Positions 1 through 5,838 of a stretch of 9,399 nucleotides of DNA are shown here, piece after piece; positions within the stretch are counted from its first letter, which is position 1; the number at the start of each line of letters is the position of its first letter. The DNA comes from a virus (Duplodnaviria > Heunggongvirae > Uroviricota > Caudoviricetes). Location of the stretch: the IMG/VR virus record IMGVR_UViG_2667527789_000017; one strand, given 5' to 3'. A program made the translations under genes and the position numbers. A model generated the notes under the pieces. The model saw only the letters and a program-made list of their open reading frames with translations, was not told the origin of the DNA and ran no database searches.

Positions 1-1251
1 GTGCTTACCGATACAAAATTAAAAAACCTCAAGCCGCAGGACAAACTGTACAAGGTCTCCGATCGTGACGGGCTGTATGTAGCTGTGCTTACGTCAGGCA
101 CGGTCTCGTTTCGCTATGACTACCGTATCAACGGTCGTCGCGAAACACTGGTAATCGGGCAGTATGGGCGTGACGGTATCAGCCTGGCAGAAGCGCGAGA
201 AGAACTGATTGCTGCAAAGAAGCTGCTTAAAGCAGGCCAGTCACCGGCTGCGGCTAAACGTGACGGTATCAAAAAGATTCGTGGTGCCGAGACGTTTACG
301 GTACATACCGACAGTTATATGAAACACGTCATCCTGGCTGACAGTACCCGCGCAATGAAGCAGGCGGTGATCGACCGTGACATACTTCCAGTTCTTGGCA
401 ACAAAATGATGACTGAAATTACCACATCGATGGTTCGTGATTTGTGTGACCGGATTGTCGAACGCGGTGGCCGGGCAACAGCAGTGCAGGCCAGGGAGAT
501 CATCAGCAGCGTATACCGTCACGCCAATGACCGTGGTCATGGTTTGTTTAATCCTGCGGCTGATATTAAGCCTTCATCTATCGCCATATTTAAACCACGA
601 GAGCGAACGCTGACACCAGAAGAAATTGGTCTTTTCTTCCGCACGCTGGATGCCATTGGTGCTATGGGCACTATGAAAATGGCTTTAAAACTGGTGCTTA
701 TCACTATGGTTCGTAAGGGCGAATTCACCAATGCAACGTGGGATGAAATAGATTTTAAAAAATGGACATGGACAATTCCTTCAGACCGCATGAAGGGAAG
801 CCGGGCGCATGTTATTTACCTGCCTAAACAGGCACAGGATATATTGGTCGGGTTGCAGATGTGCGCTGGTGGAAGTGAATATCTGGTTCCTGGTCGTTAC
901 AATTTCCGGAAGCCATTATCTAATGCCGCGCTGAACTCTCTGATCGACAGAACGGTGAAAATAATAAATGAAGATGGTGAGCATATTCAGGATTTTACCG
1001 TACACGATATGCGCCGTACAGCCAGTACGTTGTTGCATGAGGCTGGTTATCCTTCAGACTGGATTGAAAAGGCTCTGGCACATGAGCAGAAAGGTGTGCG
1101 CGCCGTATATAACAAAGCGGAATACGCCAGACAGCGCGCCTGGATGTTGCAGCAGTGGGCCGATATGATTGATTCCTGGATTGACGGGGAGCATACGGAT
1201 CTGATTCCGTTCTCCCCGTCGAAGTTTGAGAAGTGGATGGCGGGGGAATAA
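1..1251 (+). CDS. int: Tyrosine recombinase / phage integrase (P4/CP4-57-like)
   Basis: 416-codon ORF from GTG at 1 to TAA at 1249-1251; the true start may lie at or just upstream of the window edge. C-terminal region has tyrosine-recombinase signatures (VHDMRRTASTLLHEAGY with HxxR, and RAVYNKAEYARQR as candidate catalytic Tyr). N-terminus MLTDTKLKNLKP...RYDYRINGRR resembles the arm-binding domain of P4-type integrases. Confidence 0.9.
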   Translation: MLTDTKLKNLKPQDKLYKVSDRDGLYVAVLTSGTVSFRYDYRINGRRETLVIGQYGRDGISLAEAREELIAAKKLLKAGQSPAAAKRDGIKKIRGAETFTVHTDSYMKHVILADSTRAMKQAVIDRDILPVLGNKMMTEITTSMVRDLCDRIVERGGRATAVQAREIISSVYRHANDRGHGLFNPAADIKPSSIAIFKPRERTLTPEEIGLFFRTLDAIGAMGTMKMALKLVLITMVRKGEFTNATWDEIDFKKWTWTIPSDRMKGSRAHVIYLPKQAQDILVGLQMCAGGSEYLVPGRYNFRKPLSNAALNSLIDRTVKIINEDGEHIQDFTVHDMRRTASTLLHEAGYPSDWIEKALAHEQKGVRAVYNKAEYARQRAWMLQQWADMIDSWIDGEHTDLIPFSPSKFEKWMAGE

Positions 1252-1254
1252 CGT

Positions 1255-1449
1255 TTAATTATTCTGCTGATTTTCTTCCATCTCGGCTTCTGCTGCCAGT
1301 GATTCAATTTTATCTGTGAATATTGCTGACAGTGCTGCAAATTCAGCATCAGTGACAGCGGGAATTGGAACAAACCTGATCCCGCTGTGTGCAAGCATGT
1401 TTGCAGTTTCAAGGCATTTCCTTAAATCTGCTGGTGATGCCCTGTTCAT
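1255..1449 (-). CDS. Hypothetical small protein (64 aa), last gene of the leftward operon
   Basis: ATG at 1449-1447 overlaps the TGA stop of the upstream methyltransferase gene (ATGA overlap, + strand tcat at 1446-1449). Stop TAA at 1257-1255, 3 bp from the int stop. The longer 104-aa form from 1569 would overlap the methylase by 124 bp and is less likely. No recognisable family. Confidence 0.45.
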   Translation of the reverse strand: MNRASPADLRKCLETANMLAHSGIRFVPIPAVTDAEFAALSAIFTDKIESLAAEAEMEENQQNN

Positions 1450-2096
1450 GCTGCACGCTCCCGCCCCTGGTTGTCTGTTGGTGACAGCGGAGCATTGCTG
1501 AATGCATTTGTTAATCTGGTAATATCCAACGCGTATCCAGGGGTTAGTTGCACTGCCGGGTCTTCGCACTGATTACCCCAAACATCGAAGCCATGAGACG
1601 ACTGGCGGGCGAACAGTTCAATGCGAGAAACATCGCCTAACAATTGCACAAGTTTTTCGCGAACGACATCTGGTTTTCTTGAATGCTCAAGCCGCGGTGC
1701 GGTAAATGACTGAACGATCCCTGCATTAATGCGCGGAGGTAGTTTTCCCTTTACTGCAAACAGGCAATCTTCACTATTGGCGCGAGTCATGTGTCCCATA
1801 CCCATAACCAGTTTATCTGGTTGTCGACTACCACATTTTATCCACGTGAAGCCCTTCATGGTCATCAGACGGAATCCCCAGGCTTCAACAACTTTTAGCG
1901 CTTCGAGTGGTTGTGTTGGCACCCACCACATGGCCAACAGACAGTTTTCATCGGCCAAATCCCACACAGGAAGGCGGCAGATATCCAGCACACTCATAAC
2001 CGGATATTTAAAACCGGCACCGCGATTACCATCTGCGGCTTTATCCCGGTATACCCAGGGTGGATCTGCATAGATTAGCGTGTATTTCTTAGTCAT
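1446..2096 (-). CDS. MT-A70-family DNA N6-adenine methyltransferase
   Basis: 216-aa ORF; N-terminal YTLIYADPPWVY carries the DPPW catalytic motif characteristic of MT-A70-type adenine methyltransferases. SD-like GGGGTGG a few nt upstream of ATG at 2096. No adjacent restriction endonuclease candidate, so it appears to be an orphan methylase. Confidence 0.85.
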   Translation of the reverse strand: MTKKYTLIYADPPWVYRDKAADGNRGAGFKYPVMSVLDICRLPVWDLADENCLLAMWWVPTQPLEALKVVEAWGFRLMTMKGFTWIKCGSRQPDKLVMGMGHMTRANSEDCLFAVKGKLPPRINAGIVQSFTAPRLEHSRKPDVVREKLVQLLGDVSRIELFARQSSHGFDVWGNQCEDPAVQLTPGYALDITRLTNAFSNAPLSPTDNQGRERAA

Positions 2097-2340
2097 AAAC
2101 CACCCCGCAACATCCTATGCCGCTATAGTCGCCACGGCGAAGGCCGTTACCTTTTGTGATACATTGGTCCCTGCGAACCGCGATCCTTGCACGCTCAACA
2201 TCACCAGAAGCAACATCCATACACTGAAGCCAAAGGTGGGCAGCAATGCGGAACTGCCCTTTTTTCTCTCTTTCAATCGCGCGTTTTTCGATCTCTATCG
2301 CCGCAGGAGTAACGGCAACAACCTTTGAAGGGCTGCGCAT
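2089..2340 (-). CDS. Hypothetical small protein (83 aa; alternative GTG start at 2388 gives 99 aa)
   Basis: ORF overlaps the methylase start by 8 bp. ATG at 2340 is preceded by AAGG with 5-nt spacing; alternative GTG at 2388 is preceded by GAGAGGG with 9-nt spacing. No recognisable domain; start choice unresolved. Confidence 0.4.
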   Translation of the reverse strand: MRSPSKVVAVTPAAIEIEKRAIEREKKGQFRIAAHLWLQCMDVASGDVERARIAVRRDQCITKGNGLRRGDYSGIGCCGVVYD

Positions 2341-2497
2341 TGAAACCTTGTTCATGTGATATTTTTCAAGTCGGCTTAACTTTCTCACTTAATCCAACCC
2401 TCTCTGAAAATTAATGCCAGCAGATAAAGCCATGCTGAAACAGAGGCCAGGAATAAGTACCATCCTGACCATTTGCTCCAGTGCCTTAGCAGCACAC

Positions 2498-2746
2498 TCA
2501 TGCCGCGTTGCTCACAGGACGATATACACGTTGCTGAACAGGAGGTTTTTTACCCTGGAACTCTGCCGGGCTTGCTGCCTGACGTTCATCAAGCCAACGC
2601 TCAACTTCATCACGGTTCCATGCGCAGCGTTTGTCAGTGATATACCAGCGTTTAGGAAATTCCCCTGCGCGCTCCATACGGTCGATAGTGCTCCATGACA
2701 GTGGCACCACCGCCAGGAGTTCCTTCTTACCTAATGCACCTTTCAT
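2498..2746 (-). CDS. AlpA/Xis-family excisionase-like DNA-binding protein
   Basis: 82-aa ORF; LSWSTIDRMERAGEFPKRWYITDKRCAWNRDEVERWLDER matches the AlpA / phage excisionase winged-helix signature (S-x-S-T-I-x-R..FP...W...E-V-E-x-W-L). SD GAGAGG 5 nt upstream of ATG at 2746. Confidence 0.8.
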   Translation of the reverse strand: MKGALGKKELLAVVPLSWSTIDRMERAGEFPKRWYITDKRCAWNRDEVERWLDERQAASPAEFQGKKPPVQQRVYRPVSNAA

Positions 2747-2768
2747 AAATACCTCTCTTGGTTGCAGT

Positions 2769-2787
2769 GCGGCGCGCGTGGCGCCGC
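2769..2787 (-). other. GC-rich hairpin between bet stop and xis-like start (7-bp stem GCGGCGC/GCGCCGC, 5-nt loop)
   Basis: Perfect inverted repeat gcggcgc(2769-2775) gcgtg gcgccgc(2781-2787). No U-run follows on either strand, so it is not a canonical intrinsic terminator; possible RNA processing or attenuation structure. Confidence 0.4.
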
Positions 2788-2795
2788 GGTGGTGG

Positions 2796-3677
2796 TTACA
2801 TAGATGTTTCGTTTAATTCTTCCCGACAAACGCTGTAAACGTCGGTGGCTTTTGCCAGCAGTTCGTCATCATCTGAAAGTTTTTGTGCAATGTATTTGTA
2901 AGCCTTATCCAGTTCGGAGACAGTGCTGTAATTCATCGCTGCGCTGGTAAAGGCCATCAGCATTTCTTCTGGATCACGGCTATCCGCTTTACGCGTTTGC
3001 TCATCATGCTTTTTCGCTGGTTTAGCGTTGATCAGACTGTTCATTCCCGCAGCAGTAGTCGTTTGCGGAGTAATGTCTCGCTCAACACGCGGTGCCGTTT
3101 CCTGTAATTCGTCAGGGGTGTAAACACCGAGAAGCACATCAGGAGCGTGCAGGCGAGCCCATCGTTTCGTGCAAAGATAGGCAAGCTGCTGGCGCGGATC
3201 CTGTTCCCACAATGGAGAGTTACGCACTCCGGCTTGCGCCATACTGATGGTAAGCTCACGGGGTTCTGCTTCTCCTTTAAGAACTGCTGACACAGTTACC
3301 GTCAGATTCGGTGATTTATCTGTTTTGCCGTTAACATTCGACCAGTCACCGCTCCAGCGATAATTCAGGCGTGTCGCTAGCAGGCTGGAAGAGGATACGA
3401 CCGCGTTTACCAACTGTGCTTCGTAGCCTAACGTTCCGTTTACCACATGCGTTTTCTGCGCCACGGCGAAAGGGTTCATTCCCCACTGTGCCGCCTGCAT
3501 GGTCACCGCCAGACAATCGGCAGGTTTGCCTTCAAGATGTTTCGGTACAGTCGCTTTGCTTTGTGACATCAACTCCGCGAAACGCACCAGTTGATTCATG
3601 CCCTCCGGGCTGAAGATTGCCGCAGCAGTACCTACAGTTGCGCCTGGTTGTGATGTGATTGCGATATCATTGCTCAT
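2796..3677 (-). CDS. bet: Bet/Redbeta-family single-strand annealing protein (RecT superfamily)
   Basis: 293-aa ORF; local similarity by eye to lambda Bet (window NPFAVAQK... / RQQLAYLCTKRWARLHAPDVLLGVYTPDELQE / RVERDITPQ versus lambda NPWTKEIYAF... / MLRHKAMIQCARLAFGFAGIYDKDEAER / ERQPERDITP). ATG at 3677 overlaps the exonuclease stop (ATGA). Confidence 0.85.
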   Translation of the reverse strand: MSNDIAITSQPGATVGTAAAIFSPEGMNQLVRFAELMSQSKATVPKHLEGKPADCLAVTMQAAQWGMNPFAVAQKTHVVNGTLGYEAQLVNAVVSSSSLLATRLNYRWSGDWSNVNGKTDKSPNLTVTVSAVLKGEAEPRELTISMAQAGVRNSPLWEQDPRQQLAYLCTKRWARLHAPDVLLGVYTPDELQETAPRVERDITPQTTTAAGMNSLINAKPAKKHDEQTRKADSRDPEEMLMAFTSAAMNYSTVSELDKAYKYIAQKLSDDDELLAKATDVYSVCREELNETSM

Positions 3678-4495
3678 ACGTACATATCCTGTTTACGTGC
3701 CCAGTCAGGGCGTTTAATAATTTCCACTCCGCCCCACTCATCGTTGATGCGGCATTCGTGATAGGTATTCAGATCCCGGCGGAACAGAGCGTGCCCGGCA
3801 TCGACATCCGGCGCATCCAGCTCGAACACGCGTACCGGATACCGACCACAATCAATGCTTTCGCTCACGGCAAGAAAGAAAAAACCATGCGGCTGACCAG
3901 TAACCCTCATTGCGCCTTCGCGGTACATTGCGTCCTGCACGTGGTAGCGGAATTCCTCGATGTGGCGTGCAAAACGGTCCATATCTGCAACCTTTTTCAC
4001 GTCGACGATCACGTTGTGCTCGTTCAGCCATTTGTCTGGACGAATGCGGCACAACTCACCAGTATCTTCATCGTTCCAGTACATTGATGCTTCGCAGTAA
4101 CCAGGTGCTTCCAGCATCCAGCGTGCCGCCGGGTGAGCCATTGCGCTATCACGCATCATCTCCAGTTTCCGCCACTGCTCGGCATCAAGTACCGTAATCC
4201 CCATATCCGCCACATCACGAAGAAATGCCTCTTCGTCAGCTTTACCTTGTTTCGTCCGACGATCGAATTTCGGTGAAACAATGAAGCGTTTGTCGAACTC
4301 TCCAGGCTCCAGAAGCAGACAGTGCAATGCGGTTCCCATATCCAGTGCAGACTTTTTCTCTTCGTCTTCTGGTGCTGCCTGAACCCATTTAAGAAGCGCC
4401 GGATTCTTGGCAACCATGTCCAGTTGCGACTTACTCACGCCGTCACCGGCGTGGTAGTCTTCGTTGCTGATGTCGAAATAAATTCCCGGTTTCAT
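3674..4495 (-). CDS. RecE-like PD-(D/E)XK exonuclease (exonuclease VIII C-terminal-domain type)
   Basis: 273-aa ORF beginning MKPGIYFDISNEDYHAGDGVSKSQL, the typical N-terminal signature of the short RecE-like / PDDEXK phage exonucleases; candidate catalytic residues in RIRPD ... IVDVKK (D ... D-x-K). Directly upstream of and translationally coupled to the annealing-protein gene. Confidence 0.8.
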   Translation of the reverse strand: MKPGIYFDISNEDYHAGDGVSKSQLDMVAKNPALLKWVQAAPEDEEKKSALDMGTALHCLLLEPGEFDKRFIVSPKFDRRTKQGKADEEAFLRDVADMGITVLDAEQWRKLEMMRDSAMAHPAARWMLEAPGYCEASMYWNDEDTGELCRIRPDKWLNEHNVIVDVKKVADMDRFARHIEEFRYHVQDAMYREGAMRVTGQPHGFFFLAVSESIDCGRYPVRVFELDAPDVDAGHALFRRDLNTYHECRINDEWGGVEIIKRPDWARKQDMYV

Positions 4496-4791
4496 GCCGC
4501 GTCCCTCTGTCCATCAAGCTGATCAGCCAGATCCCAGCGGGCGATAATTGCCATTGCCTCGCGCCGGTAGGAATCCATCAGTTCTTCGAACTCTGGACTG
4601 TCTTTAGCGGCCTCCAGTACTTCCTGGCGAACGCCTTTACCTGTTACAGCGTCGAAAGTTGAGGCTAGTTGATGAATCCGGATGCTCTCGATCAGTTCAA
4701 CTTGTCGGTCATATAGCTGTTCTGACAGGCGGTAGTCCTTGTCGAATGCCTGCATGATTTTTTGAAGATTTTTCTGCTGATTAACGTTCAT
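4492..4791 (-). CDS. Hypothetical protein (99 aa) preceding exo; function unknown
   Basis: ORF track gives start at 4806, but the internal ATG at 4791 is preceded by GGAGGG with 6-nt spacing (minus strand ATGGGAGGGCTGATAATG), so 4791 is the likelier start. Stop overlaps the exo ATG (ATGA). Acidic, helical-looking sequence with no recognisable family. Confidence 0.55.
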   Translation of the reverse strand: MNVNQQKNLQKIMQAFDKDYRLSEQLYDRQVELIESIRIHQLASTFDAVTGKGVRQEVLEAAKDSPEFEELMDSYRREAMAIIARWDLADQLDGQRDAA

Positions 4792-4793
4792 TA

Positions 4794-4946
4794 TCAGCCC
4801 TCCCATATCTCGTTATCGTTGGCCACATCGCGAGCTTCTTTGCTGACGAAAGCCCACTTAATGCCTTCCTGTAAGGTGCGGAACTTCCAGCTCATGAATC
4901 CGCATGCAGTAACGCAGTACCAACCGTTGATGATTTTCCACTGCAT
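4794..4946 (-). CDS. Candidate small ORF (50 aa, MQWKIINGWYCVTACGFMSWKFRTLQEGIKWAFVSKEARDVANDNEIWEG), first gene of the leftward operon
   Basis: Not in the supplied ORF track (below its size cutoff). ATG at 4946 is preceded by GAGGT about 8 nt upstream; stop TGA at 4796-4794 lies 2 nt before the next gene's ATG at 4791. Trp/Cys-rich hydrophobic N-terminal half. Sits immediately downstream of operator site 4966-4980. Confidence 0.3.
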   Translation of the reverse strand: MQWKIINGWYCVTACGFMSWKFRTLQEGIKWAFVSKEARDVANDNEIWEG

Positions 4947-4965
4947 AACTTGTTACCTCGGCTTG

Positions 4966-4980
4966 TTACCTTTGAGGTAA
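4966..4980. promoter_or_regulatory. Operator-like palindrome TTACCTTTGAGGTAA (member of TTACC-N5-GGTAA family)
   Basis: Perfect 5-bp inverted half-sites with 5-bp spacer, directly read from sequence; just downstream of the pL-like promoter elements; an orphan TTACC half-site lies at 4953-4957. Confidence 0.7.
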
Positions 4981-4982
4981 TG

Positions 4983-5008
4983 ATTATGCGTATTTGGTTT
5001 GATGTCAA
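4983..5008 (-). promoter_or_regulatory. Putative leftward early promoter (pL-like)
   Basis: On the minus strand a consensus -35 TTGACA (+ strand 5003-5008) is followed by an A/T-rich -10 region CATAATCAT (+ strand 4980-4988). Exact -10 register is ambiguous (best hexamer CATAAT gives a 14-bp spacer). Flanked by operator sites at 4966-4980 and 5028-5042. Confidence 0.35.
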
Positions 5009-5027
5009 TAGATATGAGTTAAAAAAA

Positions 5028-5042
5028 TTACCTGCAAGGTAA
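5028..5042. promoter_or_regulatory. Operator-like palindrome TTACCTGCAAGGTAA
   Basis: Perfect TTACC-N5-GGTAA; centre 62 bp from the centre of site 4966-4980, upstream of the pL-like -35. Confidence 0.7.
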
Positions 5043-5055
5043 TTGTATGGGCAAT

Positions 5056-5078
5056 AAAAAAGCCGCCATGAGGCGGCT
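5056..5078 (-). terminator. Rho-independent terminator of the repressor gene
   Basis: Minus-strand reading: stem AGCCGCC, loop TCAT, stem GGCGGCT, followed by TTTTTTATT. Stem is + strand 5061-5067 paired with 5072-5078, and the U-run corresponds to the + strand A-run 5056-5060. Begins about 22 bp downstream of the repressor stop at 5100. Confidence 0.8.
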
Positions 5079-5099
5079 TACTTGCTGAAAACTATAGTT

Positions 5100-5684
5100 T
5101 TATTGTTTGCTTTTTTCGTTCTGGTTGATGACAAATTCAATGTAACTTTCGATCTTTGCTTTCTCGGTTTCGGGTAACAATGCGTAGCGCGAGCGGTCAT
5201 AGTTGATAGTCGCGGGGTCGTGCGGGTGAATCAGTAATTCATATCCGTGACGCCCGAATGCGGATGCAACATTCTCCAGGGTGGAAATGGAAACGCTGAC
5301 CTCATTGTTTAACAGGCGGCTGATTGTCACCTGGGCGACGCCGGATGCGCGGTGAAGTTTTCCCTGCGTTGAAAGGTCGCGGCTTTCGCTCATCCAGCGT
5401 TCCAGGTTGTGAGCCGCCAGCTGACCAATGTCGCTTGGTCCGACAGGCTGAAAACCTTCCTGAGAAAGCGAGCGATCGATATCAAGCCAGTTACGGGGTT
5501 TATTGGCGGCAGCTTCAATTTTTCGCGCAACCTGGTCGCCGATAACCTTCTTGCCAAGAGCCCAGCGGTTTACCAGATTTGCCTGAGTTCCAAGTTTTTC
5601 TGCCATCCGCGTCTGAACACCATTGAATTCACGGTCGATCAAGTCGTTGAGATTTTGCCTGCGGACGTCCTGGATACTTTTCAT
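5100..5684 (-). CDS. Prophage repressor (CI-like role) with two tandem Cro/C1-type HTH domains and no S24 peptidase domain
   Basis: 194-aa ORF divergent from a Cro-like gene across an operator-rich intergenic region. Two HTH_XRE-like segments: GVQTRMAEKLGTQANLVNRWALGKK and ASGVAQVTISRLLNNEVSVSISTLENVASAFG. C-terminus shows no LexA/CI-type autopeptidase signature. No SD within normal distance of the ATG at 5684, compatible with a leaderless or short-leader mRNA as for lambda cI from pRM. Confidence 0.75.
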   Translation of the reverse strand: MKSIQDVRRQNLNDLIDREFNGVQTRMAEKLGTQANLVNRWALGKKVIGDQVARKIEAAANKPRNWLDIDRSLSQEGFQPVGPSDIGQLAAHNLERWMSESRDLSTQGKLHRASGVAQVTISRLLNNEVSVSISTLENVASAFGRHGYELLIHPHDPATINYDRSRYALLPETEKAKIESYIEFVINQNEKSKQ

Positions 5685-5739
5685 TTTCTGGAAAATCGCC
5701 TCATATATGAATCAGTAGATGATTCAATTTAAAGCAATA

Positions 5740-5754
5740 TTACCCAACAGGTAA
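5740..5754. promoter_or_regulatory. Operator-like palindrome TTACCCAACAGGTAA (immunity region site 1)
   Basis: Perfect TTACC-N5-GGTAA in the divergent repressor/Cro intergenic region. Confidence 0.7.
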
Positions 5755-5756
5755 AT

Positions 5757-5771
5757 GCACCCCATAGGTAA
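5757..5771. promoter_or_regulatory. Operator-like site GCACCCCATAGGTAA (immunity region site 2, one half-site variant)
   Basis: Right half GGTAA perfect, left half GCACC instead of TTACC; centre 17 bp from site 1. Confidence 0.55.
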
Positions 5772-5777
5772 CTATCC

Positions 5778-5813
5778 TTGATTTTTGTTACCTTATGGGT
5801 GAATATTTATTAT
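5778..5813 (+). promoter_or_regulatory. Putative rightward promoter for the Cro-like gene (pR-like)
   Basis: Candidate -35 TTGTTA (5785-5790), 17-bp spacer, -10 TATTAT (5808-5813). Alternative -35 TTGATT (5778-5783) with -10 GAATAT (5801-5806). Operator site 3 overlaps the -35/spacer. Confidence 0.4.
5788..5802. promoter_or_regulatory. Operator-like site TTACCTTATGGGTGA (immunity region site 3, one half-site variant)
   Basis: Left half TTACC perfect, right half GGTGA (reverse complement TCACC, same variant class as GCACC). Lies in the spacer of the putative rightward promoter. Confidence 0.55.
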
Positions 5814-5838
5814 CTGAAATAAATATCAGGCAATAGCT

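Noticed and set aside
865-872. Chi site GCTGGTGG on the + strand inside int
   Set aside because: A single 8-mer occurrence in 9.4 kb is not far from expectation for an E. coli-like genome and lies inside a coding region; not interpretable on its own.
241-1412. ORFs 241-540(-), 315-503(-), 537-791(-), 968-1168(+), 1047-1412(-)
   Set aside because: Lie inside or antisense to the integrase gene, lack SD sequences and have atypical composition; treated as frame-shadow ORFs.
1255-1569. 104-aa long form of the last leftward ORF
   Set aside because: Would overlap the methyltransferase gene by 124 bp in another frame; the internal ATG at 1449 forms a classic ATGA overlap with the methylase stop, so the 64-aa form is preferred.
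1316-2698. ORFs 1316-1501(+), 1729-2073(+), 2080-2328(+), 2414-2698(+)
   Set aside because: Antisense to the methyltransferase, small-ORF and xis-like genes, which have clear family signatures or coupling; no independent support.
2631-4522. ORFs 2631-2816(+), 2883-3107(+), 3041-3259(-), 3371-3613(+), 3659-4087(+), 3852-4052(-), 3910-4197(+), 4156-4413(-), 4322-4522(+)
   Set aside because: All overlap the bet or exo coding frames in other phases or on the opposite strand; Arg/Cys-rich low-complexity translations typical of spurious ORFs.
4492-4806. 104-aa long form starting at ATG 4806
   Set aside because: ATG 4806 is itself part of the GGAGGG Shine-Dalgarno context for ATG 4791 and would overlap the stop of the upstream 50-aa ORF; the 99-aa form is preferred.
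4492-4946. N-type antiterminator among the first leftward ORFs
   Set aside because: Neither the 50-aa nor the 99-aa ORF has an Arg-rich N-terminal motif, and no nut-like boxA/boxB element was evident, so I do not call an N homologue.
4762-4980. 72-aa + strand ORF across the pL-like region
   Set aside because: Runs through the operator and promoter region antisense to the operon, with no SD; the minus-strand 50-aa ORF with an SD is a better explanation of coding potential here.
5100-5684. LexA/CI-type S24 autopeptidase domain in the repressor
   Set aside because: The C-terminal half is a second HTH followed by a short tail; no Ala-Gly cleavage site with Ser/Lys dyad context is recognisable, so the protein is not annotated as a cleavable CI.
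5324-5732. ORFs 5324-5545(+) and 5409-5732(+)
   Set aside because: Antisense to the repressor gene, which has two recognisable HTH domains.
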